DNA of 64,000 nucleotides from Hemiscyllium ocellatum (Eukaryota). Positions 62,928 to 64,000 of the stretch are shown in pieces. Under the pieces are notes generated by a model, which saw nothing but the letters and a program-made list of their open reading frames with translations, ran no database searches and was not told the DNA's origin. The position numbers and the translations under genes were made by a program. Every line of letters begins with the position of its first letter. Position 1 is the first letter of the stretch. Where the stretch lies: assembly GCF_020745735.1 (NCBI RefSeq), contig NC_083409.1:9785534-9849533 (forward strand), in the 5' to 3' direction.

Positions 62928-63534
62928 TGCTTGCCATCATGAGCCAGGGTGTAGAATATAGGAAGTAGAAATTCTTGTTGTTACCTGACAGAGCACTGGT
63001 TAGGTCATGTCTGGAATACTGTGCACAGTTCTGGTCGTGACACTGTTGGAAGAACATGATTGAACTGGAGAGGATGCAGAGGAGATTAACCAGAATGTTC
63101 CCGGGGATGGAAAGTGGTCGTTATGAGGAGAGATTGGATAGACTGGGTTTGTTTTCTCTGGGGGAAATCTGATTGAGGTATACACAAATATGAAAGGCAT
63201 AGACAAAGTAAATTGTGAGAATCTTTTCCCCATGTCAGACATGTCTATGACCAGAGGGAATAAGCTTACCGTGTAAAAAACTAGTTTAGAGAGGTTTTGA
63301 GGACTTTTTTCCCCTAGAGGGTGGTAGAAATATGGAATGTGCAGCTTGAGAAGGTGGTGGAGACAGCTCCTCTCACAACATTTAAGAAACATCCAGACGA
63401 GCACATAAAATGCCAGGGCTTGGAAGGCCATGGACCAAGTGCAGGTAAATGGAGTTTGGTGATTACTGATTGGCATCGACATGTGGACAAACAGAAGGGC
63501 CTGTTTGTTTGCTGTATGACTCTATGACAATGTA

Positions 63535-63960
63535 GAGATGGATGTGGAAGCATTTTTCATGTTATTTCAGAAGATAGCAACACAAGTGAGGTGGGAAAAA
63601 CAGGTTGGACTTTGCCCATGCAAAAATGAAAATGGAAAGCACAAGAGGTTTCTACATCCCTGTCAGAGGAATGTTCTCGGGATCACAAGGAGTTGGCCCC
63701 AGAAACATACAGACAGATGTTTCAGAACTGACACAAACAGCCTGGACAAACTTCTACTGAGTTTAAGAGAGTTCAACAAAATAATGTTGACAGGTGGATA
63801 AGAGCATTAACAACTGAGAATACTTACAATGCTCTCAGAGAAGATATCCTTTGAGAAGAATTTAAAACTTCCTTCCCTTCTAGAATCAGAATTCATGTAG
63901 ATGACCAAAGGGGAGCGACAGTAAGACAAGCAGCTAGAATGGCTAATGATTATAGACTTT
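63535..63960 (+). mobile_element. Gypsy-type LTR retrotransposon gag remnant
   Basis: DVEAFFMLFQKIATQVRW and EEFKTSFPSRIRIHVDDQRGATVRQAARMANDY resemble fish Gypsy gag from memory; stops and frameshifts present. Confidence 0.65.
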
Positions 63961-64000
63961 GTTAAAACCAAAACCCTGCAGATGCTGGAATCCAAAGTAG

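Larger units (their letters stand above)
60720..63530 (+). mobile_element. Stacked CR1-type LINE 3' fragments with PLE insertions
   Basis: Several RT C-terminal / 3' UTR copies. Confidence 0.82.

Overview
Vertebrate genomic DNA. It is almost certainly shark (cartilaginous fish), inferred from the Ig sequences and the HE1-type SINE, CR1 and Penelope repeat content. The core is a tandem ~18-19.5 kb segmental duplication (about 12.56-31.06 kb and 32.12-50.21 kb), with a 13-N assembly gap between the copies. Each copy carries one unrearranged minus-strand kappa-type (nurse shark NS4/type III-like) Ig light-chain cluster: promoter, leader, V, 12-RSS, ~0.5 kb spacer, 23-RSS, J, 8.5-9.5 kb intron, C. 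Both clusters look crippled. Both V heptamers have lost the invariant CAC. V1 is frameshifted and V2 lacks Cys23. J1 reads FSKG. J2 has a GC donor and a degenerate nonamer. C1 carries compensating frameshifts, while C2 is intact. The remaining sequence is mostly decayed CR1-type LINEs, tRNA-derived SINEs, Penelope-like element (PLE) pieces with minimal hammerhead ribozyme motifs, and a Gypsy gag remnant. The most notable observations are: a templated copy of the V1 RSS flank inside the J-C intron; a dense E-box/EICE/kB-like/RUNX cluster at ~51.0-51.1 kb; a 305-bp near-identical promoter-leader tract suggesting gene conversion; and hammerhead-bearing PLE repeats, one apparently moved together with flanking CR1 DNA. 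Ig exon, RSS and motif coordinates were counted base by base; repeat boundaries are approximate. No database searches were run.
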